Source: a virus (taxonomy: Duplodnaviria; Heunggongvirae; Uroviricota; Caudoviricetes). Taken from it: a stretch of 36,605 nt of DNA. Both the position numbers and the translations under genes were made by a program. The stretch lies in the IMG/VR virus record IMGVR_UViG_3300029219_000015; one strand, given 5' to 3'. The first letter of the stretch is position 1. Each line of letters starts with the position of its first letter. Positions 16,371 to 24,342 of the stretch are shown here, piece by piece. The notes under the pieces were generated by a model. That model saw only the letters and a list, made by a program, of their open reading frames with translations, made no database searches and had not been told where the DNA came from.

Positions 16371-18710
16371 ATGGCAAAAGGAAAATCCGCACTGGCACTT
16401 GCTCTGAAAAAGAAAATCGGTAGCAACGACGAAATTCAGAAAGTAACTCATTGGATTGATACAGGCTTTCCACCGTTAAACAAAGCTATTTCTGGTCGTT
16501 ACGATGGCGGCTTCCCATGTGGTCGTATCGTCGAAGTATTCGGGCCACCAAGCGCGGGGAAATGTGTTACCGCAGACACCATGCTGCTGACGGAGCGTGG
16601 AATGGTAACAGTGAAAGAGTTGTTTGAGATTGAAGGGTACAAAGCGACATGCACTACTCGCGATGTAGAGCATAACGTTGGACTCATCAATGAAAATGGC
16701 GTGATAGAGAAGACCTCACACCTGACATGGAACAACCGTCGCAAATTCAAGCGTATTAAGCTGGCATCAGGCGGTTATATCGAGGCTACGTTCCGTCACC
16801 CAATCCGTGTGGTTGACGACTTAGGTAATGTCGTCTGGCGACATGCTGAAAAAATCAGTGTAGGCGACACGATTCCTTCAATGGTTGGCACACATCAATT
16901 CGGCGATCAGCACCTGGATGCCAATATCGCACAACTGATGGGCTATTTAATTGCTGACGGATACGTGGCCTCTGAAAATTCAGTGAATTTTTCTAACACA
17001 GATCCTTTCATCAAGGATGAGTACTACCGCCTCATTTCGCTGGTATCAGACAAGATGCCAGTTACGAGAAAACATAACGGCTCGGAAGACCATGTGCTGT
17101 TTAGCAAAGAGGTGCGTTCGCTGCTTTTTAAAGAATATGGTCTGGAGTATGAGAAAGCTGCTGGCAAGCAGGTTCCGTTGAGTGTGCGTCGCGCCAATAG
17201 CGAGGCTCAAATTGCATTCCTTCGCGGCTACTTTGAGCTGGAATGCCACGTCAATGATGGTCGCTGCATTGAGGTTGTGAGCGCGAGTGGGCTGCTGCTA
17301 CAGCAAATTCGCCTCATGCTCCTGAATCTGGGGATTACGTCAACTATCTCTGAAAAACACGTCGCGGGTTATGAAAATACATATTACCGGCTGTCATTCA
17401 GTGGCTCTAATTACGACCTTTTTCTGTCAACGATTGGTTTCGAATCTCCGGCACGTTTATCAGTGGCAACCAAACGGGACATTGGTTTTGACCGCACTTA
17501 CTCAGGCTATGTTCCGCACATCAGCGGCTTAGTGAAATCACTCTACGAGTCGCTCACCAAGACCACCCGTGAAGACTACGCTCTGGTAGACCACGTTATT
17601 GGCCGCGGCGATCGTGTCGGAATAGACAAACTGCGAGAAATCTATGTCTCCTTCATTGGCAGAAAGAATCGTTTTAACGAGCATCTGTTTGCACAACTGG
17701 CAGCGGTAATTGGCTCTAACTTGTTCTACGACGAAGTCGTGGCTATTGAGGAAGGTGAAGCACCAACGTTCGACGTAGCGATGCCGGAAACACACTCTTT
17801 CTGGTCTAACGGGATTATCAGCCACAACACATTCCTTGCAACAGCAGCGATGATCTCCGCTCAAAAACAAGATGGTCTGGCGGTATTCCTCGATCATGAA
17901 AACAGTTTTGACGTTGGCCTGGCTGTAGCCAATGGCCTGAACGCAGATGAGGATGACGGTCAGTGGGTATACAAGCAGCCAGATACCTTCGAAGACTCTG
18001 TAGAGTTGATCGGCACAATACTTAAATTGGTTCGTGATGAAGAGCTTATCCCCGAATCAGCACCTATCTGTATCGTGGCTGACTCTCTTGCGTCTATGGT
18101 TCCGAACTCCAAAGCCGAGAAGTTCGAAAAGATGGCTGAAGGCACAGCCAAAGACAAAGATCAGCTAAACATGAACGACAATACGGCACTGGCTCGTGCG
18201 ACGAGTGCGAACTTCCCTACTCTGGCTTTGTGGGCACGCAAATACAACGCCTGCATCATCTTCTTGAATCAGGTTCGCACAAAAATCGGTGTAATGTTTG
18301 GCGACCCTACTACGTCGCCAGGTGGAGATTCACCGAAGTTCTACGCTTCTGTACGTATCCGTCTTGGTGCATCGGTGATGAAGGATGGTAAAGAGAAGAT
18401 CGGCCAGGACGTAGGCGCAGAATGCATCAAAAACAAAGTTGCACCACCGTATGGCAAATGCACCTGGAAATTCTACTTCGATCCTACTCGTGGCCTCGAC
18501 GTTATCGAGTCGCTCGTCGAGTACATGCTGGAAGAAGGATACCTGCCAAAGAACGCCAGCGGTCGAGTAGAAATTGGTGACAAGAAATACACCAAATCAC
18601 AGATCGTCGAGATGTATCGGGAGAAGCCACTAGCTGAAATCATTGCGGCTTTACAGGCAATCGACGACCGGAGATCAAAAGACAATCCCACCGAGTCAGT
18701 AGAAGAGTAA
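16371..18710 (+). CDS. recA: RecA-family recombinase interrupted by an in-frame intein (precursor 779 aa; predicted mature protein about 357 aa)
   Basis: N-extein ends GRIVEVFGPPSAGK and the C-extein starts T, reconstituting Walker A GPPSAGKT; C-extein FLNQVRTKIGVMFGDPTTSPGGDSPKFYASVRIRLG matches the RecA core; AAAGGAG RBS. Confidence 0.85.
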   Translation: MAKGKSALALALKKKIGSNDEIQKVTHWIDTGFPPLNKAISGRYDGGFPCGRIVEVFGPPSAGKCVTADTMLLTERGMVTVKELFEIEGYKATCTTRDVEHNVGLINENGVIEKTSHLTWNNRRKFKRIKLASGGYIEATFRHPIRVVDDLGNVVWRHAEKISVGDTIPSMVGTHQFGDQHLDANIAQLMGYLIADGYVASENSVNFSNTDPFIKDEYYRLISLVSDKMPVTRKHNGSEDHVLFSKEVRSLLFKEYGLEYEKAAGKQVPLSVRRANSEAQIAFLRGYFELECHVNDGRCIEVVSASGLLLQQIRLMLLNLGITSTISEKHVAGYENTYYRLSFSGSNYDLFLSTIGFESPARLSVATKRDIGFDRTYSGYVPHISGLVKSLYESLTKTTREDYALVDHVIGRGDRVGIDKLREIYVSFIGRKNRFNEHLFAQLAAVIGSNLFYDEVVAIEEGEAPTFDVAMPETHSFWSNGIISHNTFLATAAMISAQKQDGLAVFLDHENSFDVGLAVANGLNADEDDGQWVYKQPDTFEDSVELIGTILKLVRDEELIPESAPICIVADSLASMVPNSKAEKFEKMAEGTAKDKDQLNMNDNTALARATSANFPTLALWARKYNACIIFLNQVRTKIGVMFGDPTTSPGGDSPKFYASVRIRLGASVMKDGKEKIGQDVGAECIKNKVAPPYGKCTWKFYFDPTRGLDVIESLVEYMLEEGYLPKNASGRVEIGDKKYTKSQIVEMYREKPLAEIIAALQAIDDRRSKDNPTESVEE
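16563..17828 (+). mobile_element. Intein (422 aa) with LAGLIDADG-type homing endonuclease motifs, inserted in the RecA P-loop
   Basis: Begins with Cys (CVTADTMLL), ends IISHN followed by extein Thr; internal LMGYLIADGYV and FLRGYFELECHV resemble LAGLIDADG motifs; boundaries inferred from extein continuity. Confidence 0.8.
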
Positions 18711-18714
18711 ACAC

Positions 18715-18740
18715 AAGGCGTCCACAGGACGCCTTTTTTA
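18715..18740 (+). terminator. Rho-independent terminator after recA
   Basis: GGCGTCC-ACA-GGACGCC followed by TTTTTT. Confidence 0.8.
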
Positions 18741-18802
18741 TCTCTTGAAAATATATAAGTGCTTACTTATCATTTTCACATAACAACCACATAGGAAAAC
18801 AC

Positions 18803-19003
18803 ATGATCAAAATCTATCTATTGGCAGTAGCCACAGGCCTTTCAGTGGCTCTCATCTACGGATTACTGGTTCCGTCGCTGATTTCTGCAAAGAGTGATTT
18901 GGCCGTCATGCTTGGAGTTCTCGTTGGTTTTGGAGCTCCAGTAATCGGTCTTATTGGTGGTCGTAAGTTTATTAACTCATTAATCAAAGCAAAGGGGAAA
19001 TAA
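18803..19003 (+). CDS. Small two-helix membrane protein
   Basis: 66 aa with two hydrophobic segments; AGGAAAACAC-ATG; stop is 3 nt before the next gene. Confidence 0.6.
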   Translation: MIKIYLLAVATGLSVALIYGLLVPSLISAKSDLAVMLGVLVGFGAPVIGLIGGRKFINSLIKAKGK

Positions 19004-19006
19004 GTA

Positions 19007-19837
19007 ATGAAGAAAGGTTTACTTGCAGTTGCTCTGGCGGCTATTTGCACAATGGGTCTTACTGGCTGTGATCGCGTGGAGCCTGGATACGTTGGCATCA
19101 AAGTAAACAAATTAGGTGAAGACAAAGGGATTGGTGAAGTGGTTGGCGTTGGTCGCCAATGGACAGGTCTTAACACCGAACTTTACGTATTCCCGACCTT
19201 CAAACAAATGAAGACCTACGACGAACCGTTCACATTCCAGATGAGTGACGGTACTGCTATTGGTCACAAAATTGGCGTTGCGTATCTGGTTAATCGTGAC
19301 AAGGTAACGACGGTGTTCCAGACCTATCGCAAAGGCGTAGACGATATCACCGAATCAGATCTGCGTCAGAAAATTGCCGACTCTCTAAACCGTTTGGCCA
19401 GCCGTATGACCACTGACTCATTTATCGACGGTGGTAAGGCACAATTGCTGGACAACGCACTGAAAGATATTCAGAAAGAGATGTCTCCGGTTGGTATTGA
19501 GGTACTGAGCCTGTCATGGGTTGGAAAGCCTGATTACCCAAAAACCGTCATTGAATCTATTAACGCCAAAGTAACGGCTAACCAGCGTACTCTGCAACGT
19601 CAGCAGGAAGTTGAACAGCGTAAAGCTGAGGCGAATATGCTACGTGAACAGGCTAATGGTGAAGCTGATGCTATCCGTGCTCGTGCGCAAGCAGAAGCAG
19701 ACGCCATTCGTCTGCGCGGTGAAGCTCTGCGTCAAAACCCGAACGTTATGGAACTGGAAGCCATCAATAAATGGAATGGCCAGTTACCGCAGTACATGAC
19801 TCAAGGGGCTAACACTCCTTTCATTACAGTGAAATAA
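19007..19837 (+). CDS. SPFH/band-7 (prohibitin-like) domain lipoprotein
   Basis: 276 aa; signal peptide ending in lipobox LTGC; coiled-coil-like Ala/Glu/Arg/Gln-rich C-terminal region typical of SPFH proteins. Confidence 0.65.
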   Translation: MKKGLLAVALAAICTMGLTGCDRVEPGYVGIKVNKLGEDKGIGEVVGVGRQWTGLNTELYVFPTFKQMKTYDEPFTFQMSDGTAIGHKIGVAYLVNRDKVTTVFQTYRKGVDDITESDLRQKIADSLNRLASRMTTDSFIDGGKAQLLDNALKDIQKEMSPVGIEVLSLSWVGKPDYPKTVIESINAKVTANQRTLQRQQEVEQRKAEANMLREQANGEADAIRARAQAEADAIRLRGEALRQNPNVMELEAINKWNGQLPQYMTQGANTPFITVK

Positions 19838-19853
19838 CTCCCCTAAAAAGTTC

Positions 19854-19878
19854 AGGCGTCCAGTTGGACGCCTTTTTT
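19854..19878 (+). terminator. Rho-independent terminator
   Basis: AGGCGTCCA-GT-TGGACGCCT followed by TTTTTT. Confidence 0.8.
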
Positions 19879-19928
19879 ATCGCAATTATCTTATTAAGAA
19901 AACAATTTGTTTAAAAGGATAAGAAAAC

Positions 19929-20354
19929 ATGACAGCTATTAAGAAACTCTACGATGCCGCAAACGTGGCTCTGGATGTTATTGATGATGAAGTAGCAAAA
20001 GGCTTTCCTGAACCTGATTGGGCGCATCAGCTACGAAACGCTATCGCAGAAATGACCCCACCAGATCCAACCCCCGACGAGACAGACTGGCAGCGATTCA
20101 TCCGTATGTACGCTCAGGAAATAGGTCCAACGCCAACGGCAGAGCAGGCAATGCTGCTGAAATACTTCAAAGAGGCGGGAGAGGATTTACCAATTGATGA
20201 CTCAGCATATTGGTTCCACTGCGCATGGCGTAAGTATGACGTGATATTCACACAAGGCATGGGAAGCAAAGATATGGTTGTGTGGCATCTACTCCATATA
20301 GACACAGCCGTTGACAGAGTTATTGAACAGTTTTTCCCTAAACAAGAAGATTGA
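19929..20354 (+). CDS. Hypothetical protein
   Basis: 141-aa ORF with AAAGGA RBS; no recognisable motif. Confidence 0.6.
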   Translation: MTAIKKLYDAANVALDVIDDEVAKGFPEPDWAHQLRNAIAEMTPPDPTPDETDWQRFIRMYAQEIGPTPTAEQAMLLKYFKEAGEDLPIDDSAYWFHCAWRKYDVIFTQGMGSKDMVVWHLLHIDTAVDRVIEQFFPKQED

Positions 20355-20409
20355 TCGCCTATTCATAACTAACAAAATAAGTAAACACTAACCACAAAAG
20401 GAAAAACAC

Positions 20410-20685
20410 ATGAGAGTTTTAGTTCGAATCGTTACCAGCACTGTCTATGACGTGTTTCCACTTTTTATGATCAAAGTCGATGGCCTTAACGACGAAGAAA
20501 CTGACGCGCTGATCCAGCGTACTCTTGTTGAATATACAGGTCATGACGCTGATTCAGTGATGGTTGATGATGATGGTGTTTGTTGGCATAACGGCAACTG
20601 TTGGTACGTAGAAGAGACTCAACAAATCAGTGATGAAGATGCCGAACATCTTGAGCGTATTTTAAGCATCAGCACTTTTGAGTGA
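20410..20685 (+). CDS. Hypothetical acidic small protein
   Basis: 91-aa ORF with AAAGGAAAAACAC-ATG. Confidence 0.6.
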   Translation: MRVLVRIVTSTVYDVFPLFMIKVDGLNDEETDALIQRTLVEYTGHDADSVMVDDDGVCWHNGNCWYVEETQQISDEDAEHLERILSISTFE

Positions 20686-20724
20686 GTTTACAGTAAAATT
20701 TATATAAGTTAGTATCTACCTATC

Positions 20725-20904
20725 ATGAAGATTTTTATTGAATACTTGTTACTCATCGTTTCAATAGCTTTTGTCATCGACTGCATTTTCACCGGTGTCA
20801 TTCGTAAAGTCTTTTCCCCGGTGAACGACGTAGTCATAAACGCTTTGGCTATCGTGCTCGTATTTAATTCAGCATTTGATGTAATCAAAGAGGTGGCAGC
20901 ATGA
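20725..20904 (+). CDS. Hypothetical small hydrophobic (membrane) protein
   Basis: 59-aa ORF below the ORF-track cutoff; hydrophobic; its stop overlaps the next start (ATGA). Confidence 0.35.
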   Translation: MKIFIEYLLLIVSIAFVIDCIFTGVIRKVFSPVNDVVINALAIVLVFNSAFDVIKEVAA

Positions 20905-21236
20905 AGGCCATCCCATTCACTCTGTTGTTCCTTTCCTCGATCGTTGTGGCCGACACCACTGTTTATCAGTGTGAAATGTCTGTAGCCGACGTTAAGAATG
21001 GCGCTCTTACCGACGTCATAAAAGCACCATATGGAGCGATGGTCGTAGACAGCGGCGACCAGTTCTATGTTGTGCGTGACGATCGAGTGTTGTCATCCCC
21101 ATATCTCACAAACCGTAATGGTAAATTAACCGGCGTCGGAGAAGACCACTTCGTATACAACAAATACAAGGGCTTCTATGGCGTTCACGCTTCTCAGCAA
21201 AGCTACCTTTTCGATGACTGCAAGGAGGTTGGATAA
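20901..21236 (+). CDS. Hypothetical secreted protein
   Basis: 111 aa; N-terminal signal peptide MKAIPFTLLFLSSIVVA; GAGG RBS. Confidence 0.6.
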   Translation: MKAIPFTLLFLSSIVVADTTVYQCEMSVADVKNGALTDVIKAPYGAMVVDSGDQFYVVRDDRVLSSPYLTNRNGKLTGVGEDHFVYNKYKGFYGVHASQQSYLFDDCKEVG

Positions 21237-21448
21237 TGGCATTAACACTGGCAGGTCTGGAAATCGAGAAAACAAGCGGATACTGGCGTGCTAAGGGTTT
21301 CAAGCAGCCTGGCATTCTTGAGCGTCTGGAACGTGAAGATGGGTATATCGTCCACCAGCGGCGTGAATGGCGTATGTACGATCCAGAAACAGGAAAACTG
21401 ACTACAAAAGCCGGAACACTTTGGGGTCTGTTGAAGAAAATACACTAA
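21236..21448 (+). CDS. Hypothetical small basic protein
   Basis: 70 aa; GGAGG RBS; start overlaps the previous stop. Confidence 0.55.
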   Translation: MALTLAGLEIEKTSGYWRAKGFKQPGILERLEREDGYIVHQRREWRMYDPETGKLTTKAGTLWGLLKKIH

Positions 21449-21495
21449 ATGCAAACTGACTGCGGCACGTTCCGCAGTCATATTTCATAGTCGTC

Positions 21496-22028
21496 ACCGC
21501 TGACAGCATACACAATCAACTGCCGCTGATAGCATATCGAGAGTCTATCTCACCGCTCACAGCATACTTTACTCGATTTTTTACCGCTGACAGCATACTT
21601 AAGACATTGCATGAATAATGTGTACCGGTATGGGTATAACCAGAACAAAATTACCGCTGGCAGCATACGAAGGTCTGACATATGCCATTAATTACCGCTG
21701 ATAGCATATCCAAACAAAAATTCCTCAATAAAACACCGCTGACAGCATACGTTCTATCAGGGAGCAGCAGGCAATAAATACCTTTCACTACAAGTAATCA
21801 GCGCAATGGGAATAGAATGTTAGTGAGCGCAAACCTATATGGAATGCACTCTTCGAGGTTAGTAACCACTGGGGAGGTATAAAAGAGCATTGAGTGGTGA
21901 TAGATGATTTACCGCTCACAGCATACGTTCATCTCACTATACCGCTGGTAGCATATCTTTAACCGTTCACAGCATACTTTTCAGAAAAATAGCCGCTGAT
22001 GGCATACATTTCACCGCTGACAGCATAT
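21496..22028 (+). repeat. Iteron array: 12 direct copies of a 16-17 bp repeat (consensus ACCGCTGACAGCATAC) in two groups (21496-21750, 21910-22028), immediately 3' of the rep-like gene
   Basis: Copies start near 21496, 21522, 21551, 21582, 21652, 21693, 21734, 21910, 21940, 21961, 21991 and 22012; all in one orientation, spaced 21-70 bp. Confidence 0.85.
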
Positions 22029-23122
22029 CAAAGCAGTTTGAGACTATTGGAAAGGATCTCAATCATCTTGATATTTTCAGGCGTCAAATTCTGCGAAAGT
22101 TCAGTTATCTTGTTGATAATGTTCTGTTTAGCATCAATTTCCCCGGCTTTCTCATCTGGTTTTTTGGGTTCGATGTCTTCAGGTTTTGGCGGTGCGACTT
22201 TAAGTTTTGGATTGCGGCTGTGAATCTGGATATAGATCGACCGCCCTCGCTTAATCTCGCTGTATTCGAGATAGCCCAAATCTTGGAGAGCTTTTAAGCC
22301 GTTACGTATAGTCTGATTCTGCGAGCTGACATTCCTGCTACTCAAATTGAGTCGCGCACGCAATCGAGCAAGCGATACCGGCGCAGGCTTGGTTGGAAGA
22401 CTTTCGATGAAGGTGTACAGAGCCTGTGCTGTTTCTTTGCGTGGTAGCTTATTGATAACCTTTAACTGCAAAAGAACCTTATGGTCAAAGCGATATAGTT
22501 CGGCCAGCTTCGGTTCTGCATAGAACACCACCGTATCTTTCTGCTCGTTGTAGTCCACGCTATTGATGAGGTGCACCATCAGAAGCGAGATCTTGTTAGA
22601 GCCGTCGACGTTCTTTTCTTCATACGTTCTCTGGAAAGACAGAGTTGTACGCATGATCTTCAAAAGACTGTTTGTAAGCCGGTCGCGGAGTGTTTTGCGG
22701 ATCTGTGACGATGGATAGCCACAAAACTTCGCAAATTTCGTGATGCTTAACTCGACACGACCGTTAGGTTCGCCGTATTCTGCCAGCGAACGCACAACGC
22801 CCACCCACGTTTTGAAATCATGATCCATGTCGAGACGAGGACCGGTTATCTTGATATCGGAATAGCCTTCAGAACGGGCTACTTCGAGCTGAACAAGCTC
22901 CTTTGAAGCATCGATCTCATTTGGCTTGTTACGCTTGCTGTATTTTGTCCCCTTGAGCGTGGGCACGAACAATCCCAGCCGCATCAACGCAATTGGTTGG
23001 ACTGTATTGTTGCTATTAGGGACAAGTTCCCCTGTGTACAATTCAAGGGAACCTTCTTCAAAGTTGTCGAGATTATCTTCTACTTCTTTGTTATTTTTAC
23101 CTTTTTTATTTTTTGTGGACAT
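22028..23122 (-). CDS. Candidate iteron-binding replication initiator (RepA-like)
   Basis: 364 aa from the ATG at 23122 (AAAGGTG RBS); flanked on both sides by the same direct repeats; basic C-terminal half; family assignment is inferred from context, not a recognised motif. Confidence 0.6.
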   Translation of the reverse strand: MSTKNKKGKNNKEVEDNLDNFEEGSLELYTGELVPNSNNTVQPIALMRLGLFVPTLKGTKYSKRNKPNEIDASKELVQLEVARSEGYSDIKITGPRLDMDHDFKTWVGVVRSLAEYGEPNGRVELSITKFAKFCGYPSSQIRKTLRDRLTNSLLKIMRTTLSFQRTYEEKNVDGSNKISLLMVHLINSVDYNEQKDTVVFYAEPKLAELYRFDHKVLLQLKVINKLPRKETAQALYTFIESLPTKPAPVSLARLRARLNLSSRNVSSQNQTIRNGLKALQDLGYLEYSEIKRGRSIYIQIHSRNPKLKVAPPKPEDIEPKKPDEKAGEIDAKQNIINKITELSQNLTPENIKMIEILSNSLKLL

Positions 23123-23142
23123 GTGGACACCTTTGTCATTCA

Positions 23143-23244
23143 ACCGCTGACAGCATACTTGATTTGCCGCTGGCAGCATACCAAAAACAGTTGGCAGCAT
23201 ACGGCGAACCGTTGACAGACTATCAATTACCGCTGACAGCATAC
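23143..23244 (+). repeat. Upstream iteron group: 3 full and 2 partial copies of the same repeat in the rep promoter region
   Basis: Full copies near 23143, 23165 and 23228; partial copies near 23190 and 23208. Confidence 0.8.
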
Positions 23245-23284
23245 ATGAACATGGCTTCAGACCAGTCGTGGCGCGGCTTACAGC

Positions 23285-23357
23285 GATCGGGGATCTTATT
23301 TGATCTATACAAGGATCTATCTATGGATCTCTTTATTAGGATCTATCCTGTGGATAT
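23285..23357. promoter_or_regulatory. oriC-like segment: six GATC sites in 13-mer-like AT-rich units plus a DnaA-box-like 9-mer
   Basis: GATCTTATTTGAT, GATCTATACAAGG, GATCTATCTATGG, GATCTCTTTATTAG (close to the oriC R 13-mer), GATCTATCC, then TGTGGATAT (8/9 to TGTGGATAA) at 23349-23357. Confidence 0.6.
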
Positions 23358-23443
23358 GTGAATAATTAAAACAGGCATTTACTACCTTCGGCGCACCTGG
23401 TGGGTTATCGTTGCCTCGGCTAACAATCACAGAAAAATGACAT

Positions 23444-24088
23444 ATGGATCTAAAACGCACGCGCTGGGTTCGTCGTCTTGAAGACGGCTCATACACTATC
23501 GAATCAAATTCCAACCTGAATAAGCAGAAGTTGCTTTGTGACATCTGCGGTATAGCGGCGAAGTGCCCGATCTACGAAACCAGAATTAAACTTGATAAGG
23601 CTGGTGTGAATTTTCATTTAAACAGTTGCATCAGGTACGTTCCATTACTCGCATTTCGTAAACCGATCATCGGATTGGATGCTCCCTACTTCAACACACT
23701 CCGTTCAGGTGTGACGTGGCGAGATCGTTTATCACCAGACAAGCTGATTTGCCTCGTATCCGCAGACACAGGGAAAATCATCCGTTTTGGGAAAGTAGAC
23801 AAGGTTTACTCAGGCCCAGTAGACGAAATGTTGCGGAAACACAGCCGGTTTAATCATCTCTGTATGGGTGGTGAGAAAATCGAGAAGGTAGAAGAAGTGA
23901 TCCGCAAATCCTACGGACACTTTCTGACCAAAGATAGCCTGCTCACAGCAATCTACATCAGACATGTAAAACGTGAGTTCGACCTCGAATACCACAGCGA
24001 AGAAGAGCTTAACCTTGTTGACCCACGTCCAAAAGCTGGCGTCATAAGCATAAACGCAGCGCGTAAAAAGCCCACTGACGCGCTGTAA
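23444..24088 (+). CDS. Hypothetical protein with Cys-x2-Cys pair
   Basis: 214-aa ORF; no convincing RBS; function unknown. Confidence 0.5.
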   Translation: MDLKRTRWVRRLEDGSYTIESNSNLNKQKLLCDICGIAAKCPIYETRIKLDKAGVNFHLNSCIRYVPLLAFRKPIIGLDAPYFNTLRSGVTWRDRLSPDKLICLVSADTGKIIRFGKVDKVYSGPVDEMLRKHSRFNHLCMGGEKIEKVEEVIRKSYGHFLTKDSLLTAIYIRHVKREFDLEYHSEEELNLVDPRPKAGVISINAARKKPTDAL

Positions 24089-24342
24089 CCCTCCAGATCG
24101 TATATTGGCGTAGATAGAATCTACGCCCCCTCAAAATAGCTCTCATAGCGTTCTACAGTGATCCTGTCTTATTTTTAGTCATACAGACAAGCAAAGTTGC
24201 GCCACGATAAATAGGTATATACTTACTTATAAATTTTGTATATTAAGGCGCTCGTTTCATTCCTAACATACCGTTATGCATAGTTGTTTACCTTCTCATT
24301 GCTCTTAGAATTTGTATCAAAATAATCACAAAGGAAAAACAC

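Noticed and set aside
21496-23244. Direct-repeat array as a CRISPR array
   Set aside because: Repeats are only 16-17 bp, spacing is irregular (5-55 bp), the array straddles a protein gene and there are no cas genes; the pattern fits iterons.
22926-23361. Plus-strand ORFs 22926..23150, 22997..23215 and 23113..23361
   Set aside because: They overlap the rep-like gene on the opposite strand or run through the iterons and the GATC-rich region; no RBS.
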